Shown here: positions 1 to 10,048 of the stretch, one piece after another
Numbering within the stretch: position 1 is the first letter of the stretch
How the letters are laid out: each line of letters opens with the position of its first letter
Origin: Bacteroidales bacterium
GTDB taxonomy: Bacteria > Bacteroidota > Bacteroidia > Bacteroidales > Marinilabiliaceae
NCBI GenBank assembly: GCA_024401415.1
Contig: JAKSLC010000001.1
Span: forward strand, 564-64,563
Length of the DNA: 64,000 bases
Direction of reading: 5' to 3'
Program-made: the position numbers and the translations under genes
Notes under the pieces: model-generated
What the model saw: only the letters and a program-made list of their open reading frames with translations
Told to the model about the DNA's origin: nothing
The model's database searches: none

Positions 1-489
1 AAAAAGGCATCTTATTTTCACATAAAGCATAATGGAGAGTTAGGGAATGGTGAGCGCTACTATTATTATGACAATGATTCTCTCAAGGCCACGGAAATTA
101 TTTCCAATGGTAAAAAGACAAATACTCTCACTCGCATATACGATGATCAGGGTCGATTAGTAAAAGATAACTTATACACTTATGACTATACGAACTTCAT
201 TAAAAAGGGACCGTATGGCATCACAATAAAATATCTCGACGACAAATTTGACAAAATGGTATCGTGCGAGATACTTGGAAGCCGAGAAAACCGCTCCTAT
301 GACAAGTATCGCCGCCCTCTGACCATGAGTCTTGAGAATGGAACTAGGACAGATCCTGATTACGATGCCACATACACGTATGATGATAATGTGGTAACTT
401 GCATTCGACACGAACGTGGCTGGAATGACAAGAAGGGCGAGAAGTCGGTCCATGTTGAGATAAGGATTGTATATGCCAAAGAGGATTAA
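1..489 (+). CDS. 3' end of an ORF entering from the left edge; repeat-containing (YD/Rhs-like) protein, C-terminal 162 aa
   Basis: Frame 1 is open from nt 1 to TAA 487-489, so the track's M at 256 is internal. The translation has recurring Y-D type motifs (RYYYYDNDSL, RIYDDQGRLVKDNLYTYDY, DATYTYDDNVV). Confidence 0.45.
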   Translation, partial: KKASYFHIKHNGELGNGERYYYYDNDSLKATEIISNGKKTNTLTRIYDDQGRLVKDNLYTYDYTNFIKKGPYGITIKYLDDKFDKMVSCEILGSRENRSYDKYRRPLTMSLENGTRTDPDYDATYTYDDNVVTCIRHERGWNDKKGEKSVHVEIRIVYAKED

Positions 490-539
490 ATACAATCTTC
501 TGACAAATGAGATACAGGATGGTCTCCCATCTTCGGTTA

Positions 540-572
540 GTCAGCTCAGACAATGTCTAGGCTGACTTTTCT
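540..572 (+). terminator. Rho-independent terminator candidate
   Basis: Imperfect hairpin GTCAGC..AGACA / TGTCT..GCTGAC (540-566) followed by TTTTCT. Confidence 0.45.
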
Positions 573-738
573 GTATTTATAGGGCAATGACCCCATCAAT
601 ACCGGTCGCCTTAATTGTAAACTTTATAATATCATCAACAGGGCTCCTAATCTGACAATATCACAACACACTTTCTCTCTCAATCCAAAACAATAGTTTA
701 AATAAACTTAAATGGGAACAATACACCTCTAAATAAAA

Positions 739-746
739 TACCTTTG
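739..746 (+). promoter_or_regulatory. Bacteroidota sigma-A -7 box (TAnnTTTG)
   Basis: TACCTTTG lies 47 nt upstream of ATG 793. Confidence 0.4.
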
Positions 747-792
747 CGGCCGGTTTTGAGTTAATGAAACGAACCACAATAAAATTAAAGCA

Positions 793-1500
793 ATGATCAA
801 GAATTCTTTATTTGTAGCATCAGTAGCTCTTATCATGGCTAGCTGCGCAAATCGGTCTGCAGAGAAGTCTGCAGCAAATGTTGAGACTCACGTACTTCAC
901 GCACAGGACGTTGACCCTTTGAGTCCAGATTCAGTCATCTCTCTACTTAAGGCTGGTAACGTGCGCTTCGTTGAGAAGCAGGGTAAGGAACGCGACCAAT
1001 TCGAAATGATGAAGGAAAGCGCTGTTGACGGTCAACACCCATTGGCTATCATTCTCTCTTGCATCGACGCTCGCGTTCCTGTAGAAACAATTTTCGATGA
1101 GGGCCTCGGCGATATATTTGTTACTCGCGTTGCCGGTAATGTCGTTAGCCCAGATATCCTTGGCTCTATGGAGTATGCCTGCGAACATACTGGCAGCAAA
1201 TTGGTAGTAGTTCTCGGCCACGAGTGCTGCGGGGCTGTAGCTTCTGCTTGTGCAGAGGTTGAGGCTGGAAACATGACCCAGATGCTCGCAAAAATCAAGC
1301 CTGCTATCGAGGAACTGGGCGATTCTCTCGATCACAGCTCGGCTGAGTTCCAGAATCTCGTTGTCAGCAAGAATGTAGAGAACATGGTAGAGCGCGTTCG
1401 TACCGAGAGTGCTATCCTTAAGGAACTCGAAGAAGAGGGCAAAATCAAAATCGTAGGCGCAATATTCAATCTCCACACCGGCGTTGTTGATTTCAAATAA
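793..1500 (+). CDS. beta-class carbonic anhydrase, lipoprotein/secreted form
   Basis: CIDAR (CxDxR) and GHECCG (HxxC) zinc-ligand motifs; N-terminal signal with lipobox (LIMASC). Confidence 0.88.
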   Translation: MIKNSLFVASVALIMASCANRSAEKSAANVETHVLHAQDVDPLSPDSVISLLKAGNVRFVEKQGKERDQFEMMKESAVDGQHPLAIILSCIDARVPVETIFDEGLGDIFVTRVAGNVVSPDILGSMEYACEHTGSKLVVVLGHECCGAVASACAEVEAGNMTQMLAKIKPAIEELGDSLDHSSAEFQNLVVSKNVENMVERVRTESAILKELEEEGKIKIVGAIFNLHTGVVDFK

Positions 1501-1526
1501 GAAAATATCACATAACAAACATAGCA

Positions 1527-1564
1527 ATCCCCACAGGCTACAGCTCGTGGGGATTTGTCTTTTA
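1527..1564 (+). terminator. Rho-independent terminator
   Basis: ATCCCCAC (1527-1534) / GTGGGGAT (1547-1554) stem followed by TTGTCTTTT. Confidence 0.65.
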
Positions 1565-1888
1565 TCAATCAAGTCTCACTCAACTCTTATTTTTCAATTA
1601 TTACTAAATTTGCGCCAATATCATATACACAGTTATGACAAATTTCTTTCAGGCAAAAAAGAACCAAAGACTCAACCACACAATTCACCTCTCCAGTTAT
1701 TTCCTTTTTATAACAGAACGTTAGTATTTCAAAGCACAAACTCTCTTTCACTTCTCTCATACCTCCCAATACCTTCCAACTACTCTGTGGCTAACCTCAC
1801 CCTATTATCTTTTTCATAATTTTAATCCACGCCCACGTTTTTTTCATTTGTAAAGCCATTTATTGGTTGAGTGTAAACGATTTATTAC

Positions 1889-1896
1889 TACTTTTG
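1889..1896 (+). promoter_or_regulatory. -7 box TAnnTTTG for asnS
   Basis: TACTTTTG lies 44 nt upstream of ATG 1940. Confidence 0.4.
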
Positions 1897-1939
1897 CATC
1901 GTGAATAACAAACTGTAACAACAGAAAAAGACAAGTTAT

Positions 1940-3334
1940 ATGCGTCGAATTACAATTAAAGCACTTTTGAGTGAGGCCCAAGCAGGTCAAGAAGTTTTGG
2001 TTAAAGGTTGGGTGCGCTTGCACAGATCATCGAAGGCAGCGCACTTCATAATGCTTAACGATGGATCATGTGTAAATAATTTGCAGGTTGTAGTTGATCC
2101 TAATAAAGTAGCAGTTGAGTTGTTGAAGAGCTTCACAACTGGTGCATGTGTTTCTATTAAGGGTATCGTAGTAGACAGTCCTGCTGCGGGTCAGAAATAT
2201 GAGGTACAAGCTACAGAGCTAGAACTTATAGGAGCTTGTGACGAGACCTATCCTATTCAGGCGAAGGCACACTCTATGGAGTTTTTGCGAGAGGTAGCTC
2301 ACTTGCGTCCACGTACTAACACATTTGGCGCTATATTCCGTATTCGTCACAATATGGCGATGGCCATCCATACATTCTTTCATGAGAGAGGATTTGTATA
2401 TTTCCACACACCACTTATCACGGCATCAGACTGTGAGGGAGCGGGACAGATGTTCCAGGTAACTACAAAGAACCTCTACAAGCTAGAGAAGGATGAAAAC
2501 GGCAATATCAAATATGATGACGATTTCTTCGGCAAGCAGGCTTCTTTGACAGTGTCTGGTCAGCTCGAGGGCGAGCTAGCAGCTACTGCTCTCGGCGCTA
2601 TCTATACTTTCGGTCCTACTTTCCGCGCAGAAAACTCAAATACTCCTCGTCACTTGGCAGAGTTCTGGATGATAGAGCCTGAGGTCGCTTTCAATGATAT
2701 CAAGGACAACATGGATTTGGCCGAGGATTTCATTAAGTACTGCGTTCGTTGGGCATTGGAGAAGTGTGCAGATGATGTAAACTTCCTCTGCCAGAAGGTT
2801 GACAACGAGTTGGTAGACCGACTCAAGTTCGTTTTGGAGCACGACTTTATCCGTCTTCCATATACAGAAGGCATCAAGATACTTGAGGAGGCAGTAGCTG
2901 CAGGCCATAAGTTTGAGTTCCCAGTATTCTGGGGTTGCGATTTGGCATCAGAGCATGAGCGTTACTTGGTAGAGCAGCATTTCAAGTGCCCTGTAATCCT
3001 TACCGACTATCCAAAAGAGATCAAGGCATTCTACATGAAGCAGAATGAAGACGGCAAGACAGTACGTGCTATGGACGTATTGTTCCCTAAGATTGGTGAG
3101 ATTATCGGTGGTTCTGAGCGCGAGGAGAGCTATGACAAACTCATGCAGCGTATTACTGAACTCAATATTCCTATGAAAGATATGTGGTGGTACTTGGATA
3201 CACGTAAGTTCGGCACATGTCCTCACTCTGGATTCGGTCTTGGGTTCGAGAGATTGATGCTCTTCGTAACTGGCATGGCTAATATCCGCGACGTGATTCC
3301 TTTCCCAAGAACTCCTCGTAACGCTGAATTCTAA
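1940..3334 (+). CDS. asnS: asparagine--tRNA ligase
   Basis: 464 aa. N-terminal OB fold, then class II motifs ([20 protein letters not shown]); length and sequence are typical of AsnRS. Confidence 0.93.
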   Translation: MRRITIKALLSEAQAGQEVLVKGWVRLHRSSKAAHFIMLNDGSCVNNLQVVVDPNKVAVELLKSFTTGACVSIKGIVVDSPAAGQKYEVQATELELIGACDETYPIQAKAHSMEFLREVAHLRPRTNTFGAIFRIRHNMAMAIHTFFHERGFVYFHTPLITASDCEGAGQMFQVTTKNLYKLEKDENGNIKYDDDFFGKQASLTVSGQLEGELAATALGAIYTFGPTFRAENSNTPRHLAEFWMIEPEVAFNDIKDNMDLAEDFIKYCVRWALEKCADDVNFLCQKVDNELVDRLKFVLEHDFIRLPYTEGIKILEEAVAAGHKFEFPVFWGCDLASEHERYLVEQHFKCPVILTDYPKEIKAFYMKQNEDGKTVRAMDVLFPKIGEIIGGSEREESYDKLMQRITELNIPMKDMWWYLDTRKFGTCPHSGFGLGFERLMLFVTGMANIRDVIPFPRTPRNAEF

Positions 3335-3939
3335 TGCAGATCTATTTCGGAAATAGAACTCTCACTTTGGCAACAGATATCGAGAAGGAGCCTATAGGTA
3401 GCTTCGACGCTATCCACAAGTACTCCAACTTGAATGAGCTTAAACAGTTCCTCCGCAGATTCGATGTCAAGGAGGAACTAAAAAGTGGATGTATCTATTT
3501 TCACGATATAGACTTGCTGCTTGAGCATGTCAAGGCATGCTATAAGTATATACAGGCAGCAGGTGGTCTTGTCGAAAACGACAAGGGCGAGTATCTCATA
3601 ATTAACAGACTCGGCAAAGTAGACCTTCCAAAAGGGAAGCAGGAGGCTGGAGAAACTCCAGAACAGAACGCTTTACGCGAAGTCAACGAAGAGACTGGTC
3701 TATCAGGTATCTCTTTGGGGAAAATGATATGCGATACTTACCACACTTACCCTCTTAATGGCGAAATGGCTCTCAAAAGAACTAGATGGTTCTCTATGAA
3801 TGTCCAGGGATCTCCCGCTCTAAAGCCACAAAAAGAGGAAAACATAGTAGCTGCCCAATGGGTCGGAATCGGAGAACTTCGCTCTCTGGCTTCAGAAAGT
3901 TACCCTTCTCTACAAGTAGTATTCCGTTCCGTATTGTAA
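3334..3939 (+). CDS. NUDIX hydrolase
   Basis: Nudix box GKQEAGETPEQNALREVNEETGL; the start overlaps the asnS stop (TAATG), suggesting coupling. Confidence 0.85.
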   Translation: MQIYFGNRTLTLATDIEKEPIGSFDAIHKYSNLNELKQFLRRFDVKEELKSGCIYFHDIDLLLEHVKACYKYIQAAGGLVENDKGEYLIINRLGKVDLPKGKQEAGETPEQNALREVNEETGLSGISLGKMICDTYHTYPLNGEMALKRTRWFSMNVQGSPALKPQKEENIVAAQWVGIGELRSLASESYPSLQVVFRSVL

Positions 3940-3957
3940 CGCAAATTATTCTAATAC

Positions 3958-3993
3958 AAATCCCCGACTAGTCGCTGAACTAATCGGGGATTT
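3958..3993. terminator. Bidirectional terminator between convergent genes
   Basis: AAATCCCCGA (3958-3967) / TCGGGGATTT (3984-3993), with A-run and T-run on the two sides. Confidence 0.6.
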
Positions 3994-4011
3994 ACTTTAT
4001 TTGGCTTAGCT

Positions 4012-4869
4012 CTATTGCTTGCTCATCTTCTTCAGGTCTTTCGCTGTCAGTGCGTCTGGCTGTTTCTTATTTATCATATGCCAATCAAAGTAATAAACCT
4101 CATCGTCATCTGCTCCGATAATCATGTTGTAGCATCGCGTCTCAAGTTTATTATTACCCGGACCTACCTTATGCAAAAAGACTATATCTTTCTCTTTGCT
4201 CTCTATAGCTTTTGTTACTTCTTCCTCTGTAACGAACTTAAATTTGTGCGCATATGCTTTTGAGAATGCCTCCTCTGTACGCAAGTCTTTCTGAACATCC
4301 TCTTTCACTACATAAAGCGTCTTGTATTTTAGCGTCTTAATATTCTTATTGTAGTAAAGAAGCGGTGTCTTGGAAATCAACTTCGGATTCTCTTTCATTC
4401 GCTCAACATGCTTAAGAATAAAGCGAACAAATGAGGCCATCTTGTATGTATAGTTAATATCTACCCTATTGGAATATGCCAATGGTATAGAAAGCAAATC
4501 AGGCATATTGTTCACCTTCTTCACTTTATCTTTACCCATGAGCAATGATAGGTATATGTACTTGGCTTTTGTCTTATCCTCTGGATATGTTACAGTAGTA
4601 GTAAGAAGGAATGAGTAAGATGGGTCTGTCATCTTTGAAGGGAAACTCTTATTTGGAAGAAATTCATACTCCGTAGGGGTCCACTCCTCTTTCATTACTG
4701 TGCGAATCTTCGCGTTGAAATCACTCATCAAGTTGTCGTCCAATACTACTATAGTCTTAGTATCAGAAAATGCTTCGTAATCTTCAGCTGTAGGAACAGA
4801 ATTCTGAGCTACTGCCGAAAGACAGAAGATACAACCAATAGCGGCTAATAGTCCTTTGTTAATCTTCAT
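4012..4869 (-). CDS. hypothetical secreted protein
   Basis: ORF with signal peptide MKINKGLLAAIGCIFCLSAVAQ. ATG 4869 is preferred because the longer track ORF would overlap the upstream gene. No recognisable motif. Confidence 0.6.
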   Translation of the reverse strand: MKINKGLLAAIGCIFCLSAVAQNSVPTAEDYEAFSDTKTIVVLDDNLMSDFNAKIRTVMKEEWTPTEYEFLPNKSFPSKMTDPSYSFLLTTTVTYPEDKTKAKYIYLSLLMGKDKVKKVNNMPDLLSIPLAYSNRVDINYTYKMASFVRFILKHVERMKENPKLISKTPLLYYNKNIKTLKYKTLYVVKEDVQKDLRTEEAFSKAYAHKFKFVTEEEVTKAIESKEKDIVFLHKVGPGNNKLETRCYNMIIGADDDEVYYFDWHMINKKQPDALTAKDLKKMSKQ

Positions 4870-4933
4870 AATCTGGTGTCTTATTATTGTTATGAAGATT
4901 CTTACGTCGTTATAGTGGAAAGGTTTTGTACTC

Positions 4934-5893
4934 TTACCCAATAGTATGATTGTGCGTCATGGATGTCATCGCCCACGCCAAATCATCATCAACATCTCCG
5001 TTGGCAAAGGCTATGTTTATTCTTCCTACACACAAACCACTATGACCAGCTTGGTTTATTACTACCCTTTTACCCTCAGCATTTTGTATTACCTCTGGTT
5101 TCTGAATAAAGGTGTGGGTATGTCCACCTAGTATGAAGTCTATGTTTTTTGATGCAGCAGCTAGTCGCACATCATCTACTTGATTGGTCATTACAAATCC
5201 TATGTGCGACAGTACTATTACTAAATCACAATGCTCCACATTTTTCAGATAAAGAGCCATATCATTGGCAACTTTTATCGGATCCTCATATATCGTACCA
5301 TCGGCATTCTTTGGTGCTATCAATCCTTCTATCTTCACTCCAAGCCCAAACACGCCTATGCGTTTGCCTGCGCGAATAAATATCTGATATTGCTTAACTT
5401 TATTGAGTGCTCTCTGGTTTGTGAAGGTGTAGTTGGAACAGATGAATGGAAAGTTGGCCTCGTCCATCCTGTCTACTAAAGCATCAAGGCCATTATCAAA
5501 TTCATGATTTCCTATCGTGACAGCATCAACACCCATCTCGTTCATCAATGATATCTCAAGTTTCCCTTTATATATATTAAAGTATGGTGTCCCTTGAAAC
5601 ATATCTCCGCACTCAAAGTTGAGCATATTGTCGGCTCCTACCAGATTCCTCGTATGCGTTATCAACGCTGCGCGTTTGGAATAGCCGCCCATACCTGGAA
5701 AGTTCGGGTCGTTGTCCGGAAATGCATCAATATGACTATGAACATCATTACAATGCAATATGGTTAGATTGGGAGTATTATCCGCTATAACACTTGCCGA
5801 ATCTTTAGCTTTGCTCGCCAGCGCTTTCAGAGGGTTAAGTGCAAGTGTCAACCCTCCAATAGCAAGTCCTTTTAGAAACTCTCTTCTCTCCAT
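4934..5893 (-). CDS. metallophosphoesterase (5'-nucleotidase/UshA N-terminal catalytic domain), Tat-exported
   Basis: Twin-arginine signal MERREFLKGLAIGG; calcineurin-like motifs HCNDVHSH, GDMFQG, GNHEFD, GGHTH. Confidence 0.85.
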   Translation of the reverse strand: MERREFLKGLAIGGLTLALNPLKALASKAKDSASVIADNTPNLTILHCNDVHSHIDAFPDNDPNFPGMGGYSKRAALITHTRNLVGADNMLNFECGDMFQGTPYFNIYKGKLEISLMNEMGVDAVTIGNHEFDNGLDALVDRMDEANFPFICSNYTFTNQRALNKVKQYQIFIRAGKRIGVFGLGVKIEGLIAPKNADGTIYEDPIKVANDMALYLKNVEHCDLVIVLSHIGFVMTNQVDDVRLAAASKNIDFILGGHTHTFIQKPEVIQNAEGKRVVINQAGHSGLCVGRINIAFANGDVDDDLAWAMTSMTHNHTIG

Positions 5894-5899
5894 AGTCCG

Positions 5900-6646
5900 T
5901 TACCTGATCTTTGTAATACGTACATCTGTAGGCGGCACTATCTGCTTCCCTTCTGCCGTCAACTGCTCTACATAGCGTATAAAGGCGTCTCTGAATAACA
6001 TTCCTGTATTATGCGCTGGTATCTGCGTAAGACATTTGAATTGATCACCTCCAGATGCTACATAGTCCAATGTTATCAGAGTGTATTTCTTATCGTTGTC
6101 TATATTCTCTCCATGAACTTTTATCTTTTTTGCCTGCCTGTCATCAAGAACCATCGTTACGCCGGCCACAGCCTCTCCTCCTCTGGCAGCTACATGATAC
6201 AGCACATCTCTCAGTTGACGCGCAGTCAATTCTAGTATCACTATAGAGTTCTCAAAGGGTGATATCTCAAATATATTGCGCACCATAACTTTTCCTTCTT
6301 TCATACTGGCTCTGATTCCTCCAGCATTGAGAAGGGAAATAGCTTCGTGAACCTCCATCTTGTTCTCTTCGGCATATCGCAATCCCTCAGACATCATCAC
6401 ATCTGCCACAAAGCGCATAAGCGTACTCTCAGGGCGCTTACTGCTCATAGTCTCTGTACAATAGCCGATAACTCTATCCATAATACTGGTAAGACTATCT
6501 GCGTATAGACGTACAATACTGTCTATACGAAACTCCGGCTGCACCTGCGCATTCATAGAAATATTCAATGCAGAATAGTTCACTTGCGCCGACGCCGCTA
6601 TGCTTGAATAAATGACAATGATTATAATTCCAATACGTCTGAGCAT
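5900..6646 (-). CDS. 5'-nucleotidase C-terminal (substrate-binding) domain protein
   Basis: Own signal peptide; GGIRASM...EISPFENSIV...DYVASGGD pattern typical of 5'-nucleotidase_C; 6 nt from the metallophosphatase gene. Confidence 0.78.
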   Translation of the reverse strand: MLRRIGIIIIVIYSSIAASAQVNYSALNISMNAQVQPEFRIDSIVRLYADSLTSIMDRVIGYCTETMSSKRPESTLMRFVADVMMSEGLRYAEENKMEVHEAISLLNAGGIRASMKEGKVMVRNIFEISPFENSIVILELTARQLRDVLYHVAARGGEAVAGVTMVLDDRQAKKIKVHGENIDNDKKYTLITLDYVASGGDQFKCLTQIPAHNTGMLFRDAFIRYVEQLTAEGKQIVPPTDVRITKIR

Positions 6647-6658
6647 GGGACGATTATC

Positions 6659-8773
6659 TTATTTCTTAAGCCATCTGTCTAACCACTTGTAGAATTCTCT
6701 ATGCCACACTATACTGTTTTGTGGCTTCTGAACCCAGTGACATTCATCTGGGAAGTATAGGAATTCCGCAGGTATTCCTTTCATAACCGCCGTGTTATAG
6801 GCTGCCATACCTTGAGTATATGGTATACGGAAGTCTTTCTCTCCATGTATTACCATTATAGGTGTATCCCAATTGTTTACAAATAGGTGTGGCGATTCTT
6901 TGTAGCTTTTCATCGCTGCCGCATTCTCTTTCTCCCAAAATGCACCTTTCAAGTCCCAATTTGTGAAGAACGACTCTTCCGTAGTGACGTACATCTGGTC
7001 AAAGTTGAATATACCACAGTGCGAAATAAGGGCTTTGAAGCGTTTCTCATGGTGTCCTGCCAACCAGTATATCGAGAATCCGCCATAGCTTGCACCTACA
7101 GCTCCTAGTCTGTCACTGTCTACGTATGGCTCCGCCGATACAGCATCTATAGCTGATAGATAGTCTTTCATATTCTGACCGCCATAGTCTCCGCTTATCT
7201 GCTCATTCCACTCTTTACCAAAGCCTGGAAGTCCTCTACGGTTAGGCGCTACAACAATATAGTCGTTAGCCGCCATAAGTGCAAAGTTCCATCTCGTCGA
7301 CCAAAATTGGCTGACAGTACTTTGTGGTCCGCCTTGACAGTATAGAAGTGCTGGATATTGTTTTGTCTTATCAAATTGTGGTGGATAAATAACCCATACC
7401 AACATATCTTTATTGTCGGTAGTCTTTACCCAACGCTCCTCTACCGTACAGGCATTAACTTTTGATAGAAGAGCATCGTTTATGTGCGATAGCTGCGCAG
7501 ACTCGCCTGTTGTCGCATCTACAGTGTATATCTCCGTCGGCATAACCATCGATTGACGTGCCGCTATAAGTGTATTGCTCTTTGACGATACCGAAAGGGA
7601 TACATAGTTCGCAACGTCGTTTGTCACTTTCGTTATTTCTCTAGTAGATACCGTCATTCGGAAGATAGCATCTTTCGCTTTTTCATCTGCTATGAAGTAT
7701 ATTACATCAGCATCTTTAGGGTCAAGGGTAAATGAACTTACACTTAGTTCTGTGCCTGCAAATAGATTCGTATACTCTCCTGACACTATGTCTAGCACGA
7801 ATATACGGTCTTGGTCCGACTCATATCCATCGTGTTCCATACTTTGCCAGAATAGTTTCGATCCATCTGCTGAATATTGCGGACATTTATCGTAGCCTTT
7901 ATTGAATTCTGTCACGCATCTTGTCTCTCCACTCTCTACTGAATAGAGGTAGATATTTGAGTTCGTACTGAATGCACTCGCTTTTCCTTGTAGCTTCTTT
8001 GATGTATAGGCTATAGTCTTACCATCTGGCGACCATGTTATCTCCTCTACTCCACCAAATGGCATCTGTGGCGCATGGTATGGCTCTCCTTCCATTATGT
8101 CTTTGGCCTCCCCAGTCGCTTTGCCACTTTCATCAAGTTCTTGAACAAAAATATGATTATATGCTCCGTCTGCCCAGGCATTCCAATGACGATACATAAG
8201 GTCTGTCTCTATTCGAGCAGTCGCTAATGGCATGTCTGGATGGAGATCATGAATATCTTTGTCTAGCTTTACACGCTGAACAAAGAGTATGTGTTTCTGA
8301 TCTGGCGAATAGATAAATCCATCTATTCCGCCTTTGATATTTGTAATCTGACGAGATGCACCTCCACTAACTGGCATCTCGTATATCTGTGGTTCTTCTG
8401 CTTTTGTCGCAAGGTAACATATCGCTTTCCCGTCTGGTCTCCACGCTACCTCGTACTCGTTCTCTTTCGTAACCCCCAGACATCGCATCTCTCCCCCACC
8501 AACTGGCATCGTGTAGATATCTGTCAACGAGGCATTTTTCTGAATATCTGTATATGCAATAGTAAATAAGAGTGTCTCTCCATCCGGAGATAGTACCGGC
8601 GAACTGACGCGTCCAAACGTCCATAAATCTTCTGGAGTAAGGTTGTGCTGCTCTACGCTACTCATGTCCTGTTTGTCTCTTGTCATACTCTCTTGCGAGT
8701 TTTTACTACCGCACGAAAAGAAAAAGAGCATTGCTCCGAAGAGCAATGCATATGATGCAATACTGGTTCGCAT
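6659..8773 (-). CDS. S9 family serine peptidase (prolyl oligopeptidase / acylaminoacyl-peptidase-like) lipoprotein
   Basis: Lipobox FFSCGS; N-terminal PD40-like propeller repeats (SPDGETLLF, RPDGKAICY, SPDGKTIAY); C-terminal alpha/beta hydrolase with GASYGGFS nucleophile elbow and DECHW. Confidence 0.87.
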   Translation of the reverse strand: MRTSIASYALLFGAMLFFFSCGSKNSQESMTRDKQDMSSVEQHNLTPEDLWTFGRVSSPVLSPDGETLLFTIAYTDIQKNASLTDIYTMPVGGGEMRCLGVTKENEYEVAWRPDGKAICYLATKAEEPQIYEMPVSGGASRQITNIKGGIDGFIYSPDQKHILFVQRVKLDKDIHDLHPDMPLATARIETDLMYRHWNAWADGAYNHIFVQELDESGKATGEAKDIMEGEPYHAPQMPFGGVEEITWSPDGKTIAYTSKKLQGKASAFSTNSNIYLYSVESGETRCVTEFNKGYDKCPQYSADGSKLFWQSMEHDGYESDQDRIFVLDIVSGEYTNLFAGTELSVSSFTLDPKDADVIYFIADEKAKDAIFRMTVSTREITKVTNDVANYVSLSVSSKSNTLIAARQSMVMPTEIYTVDATTGESAQLSHINDALLSKVNACTVEERWVKTTDNKDMLVWVIYPPQFDKTKQYPALLYCQGGPQSTVSQFWSTRWNFALMAANDYIVVAPNRRGLPGFGKEWNEQISGDYGGQNMKDYLSAIDAVSAEPYVDSDRLGAVGASYGGFSIYWLAGHHEKRFKALISHCGIFNFDQMYVTTEESFFTNWDLKGAFWEKENAAAMKSYKESPHLFVNNWDTPIMVIHGEKDFRIPYTQGMAAYNTAVMKGIPAEFLYFPDECHWVQKPQNSIVWHREFYKWLDRWLKK

Positions 8774-8779
8774 TACGTA

Positions 8780-9037
8780 TTATTTAAGTTCTGCTACCTC
8801 AGAAACAATATTTGTATACTGCTCTGTCAAGTTCTTGTTGAGTTCAGCGAATGCAGCTTTTGTCTTCAACTTGCTGATAGCGCTGATAGCATCATTGTAG
8901 AATGTGAAAACCTTTGCCTTGATAGCGTCTGTCTTCTCTGCGTCTGTGTTCTCGAGTTGATACTTGAGCTCGAGGATTGTAAGAAGGTCATCTGCCATAT
9001 AAGCGATGTTCTTCTTGAGTTCTCTACGATTTGCCAT
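8780..9037 (-). CDS. small hypothetical protein (85 aa, predicted all-helical)
   Basis: ATG-initiated ORF ending 6 nt upstream of the S9 peptidase gene; no motif recognised. Confidence 0.5.
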   Translation of the reverse strand: MANRRELKKNIAYMADDLLTILELKYQLENTDAEKTDAIKAKVFTFYNDAISAISKLKTKAAFAELNKNLTEQYTNIVSEVAELK

Positions 9038-9137
9038 AGTTTCTCTGTATTAAATTTATTGTTGTTGAAGCGCAAAGTTATGCTTTTTGTCGCGCATGTG
9101 CAAGAACAATTATCTTCTCTCCTTCAGAAAAAACATC

Positions 9138-9145
9138 TATTTTTG
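9138..9145 (+). promoter_or_regulatory. -7 box TAnnTTTG
   Basis: TATTTTTG lies 20 nt upstream of ATG 9165. Confidence 0.35.
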
Positions 9146-9164
9146 CACTCCAAAGTTATCTTTT

Positions 9165-9860
9165 ATGACTTTAAGGTTCGGCGCCAACGCGCAGACATAT
9201 AATGAGACTTCCGATGTTCAACGTTGTATAGCTCTTTACTTGGCGCACATATTGAATGGTCGATTGCCTATGAATGCCAATGTCTATGAAATAGGCGCTG
9301 GTACCGGGCACCTCACGCGTCAGCTTCTTTCAACCCCAAATATCGAGCGTTATACTGTTAATGACGTGTCTGAGGAGATGCTCAATGTGCTATGGCATGA
9401 CATCAATGGCAATAATCGTGTCTTTCGTCAGTGCGCCGACGCAGAATCCGCCCAATGGCCCGAGGGGATGAATACAATTGTATCTTCTTCCGCCGTTCAA
9501 TGGTTCAACAATCCGCTCAGCCTCATAGAGAGAGCGGCTAATGAACTTCCATCTGATGGCGTACTGGCTTTCAGCACTTTCCTCCCTGGCACTTATCAGG
9601 AATTACTACATCTGGGGAAGGGGCTTTGTTATCCAAAGGCTGACGATTGGAAAAGGGCTCTCGATAAGTATGGTTTCAAGAATATCGTTATAAACAGCGA
9701 AGAACAACAGGTCAATTTCTCTTCCATAAGGGATCTCCTCCTCTCAATTAAACACTCTGGCGTACAAGGGGAAGGCGGCGGACAAACACCTTATTCTGAG
9801 CTAAGGAAACTGCCTCTGAGACTTACTTACAATGTCATATACATAATCGCTGACAGATAA
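9165..9860 (+). CDS. class I SAM-dependent methyltransferase (BioC-like)
   Basis: SAM motif VYEIGAGTGHLT; N-terminus FGANAQTYNETSDVQ resembles BioC. ATG 9165 is preferred because the upstream extension in the track spans the promoter box. Confidence 0.72.
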   Translation: MTLRFGANAQTYNETSDVQRCIALYLAHILNGRLPMNANVYEIGAGTGHLTRQLLSTPNIERYTVNDVSEEMLNVLWHDINGNNRVFRQCADAESAQWPEGMNTIVSSSAVQWFNNPLSLIERAANELPSDGVLAFSTFLPGTYQELLHLGKGLCYPKADDWKRALDKYGFKNIVINSEEQQVNFSSIRDLLLSIKHSGVQGEGGGQTPYSELRKLPLRLTYNVIYIIADR

Positions 9861-10000
9861 CGGGCTCTGACGTCTCTTCTCCCCAAGATTATACACCTCA
9901 AACTCCACAAAAACGCTTTTCACATAGCCTCAATATGAGTAGAAATGACGCAACATTGCTAGAAAAGTCACAATTTATTTCTTTGAGTGCTTATTCTTAT

Positions 10001-10008
10001 TACCTTTG
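10001..10008 (+). promoter_or_regulatory. -7 box TAnnTTTG
   Basis: TACCTTTG lies 41 nt upstream of ATG 10049. Confidence 0.4.
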
Positions 10009-10048
10009 CATCCGAAAAATCTAATATTTCAACACACAGTATACACGT

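Noticed and set aside
943-1572. 209-aa minus-strand ORF (and nested ORFs 1032-1298 and 1332-1568)
   Set aside because: It is antisense to the carbonic anhydrase gene, which has clear catalytic motifs. The antisense translation has no features and is a typical shadow ORF.
1484-1819. 111-aa ORF and a 440-bp gene-free, C/T-rich spacer between the carbonic anhydrase gene and asnS
   Set aside because: The ORF starts inside the upstream gene's end and terminator, and its translation is low-complexity. I saw no convincing RNA structure or repeat. Without transcript data it remains just a long spacer.
4870-4941. Longer start (4941) for the hypothetical protein 4012-4869
   Set aside because: It would overlap the upstream metallophosphatase gene. 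The signal peptide begins at the internal Met (ATG 4869).
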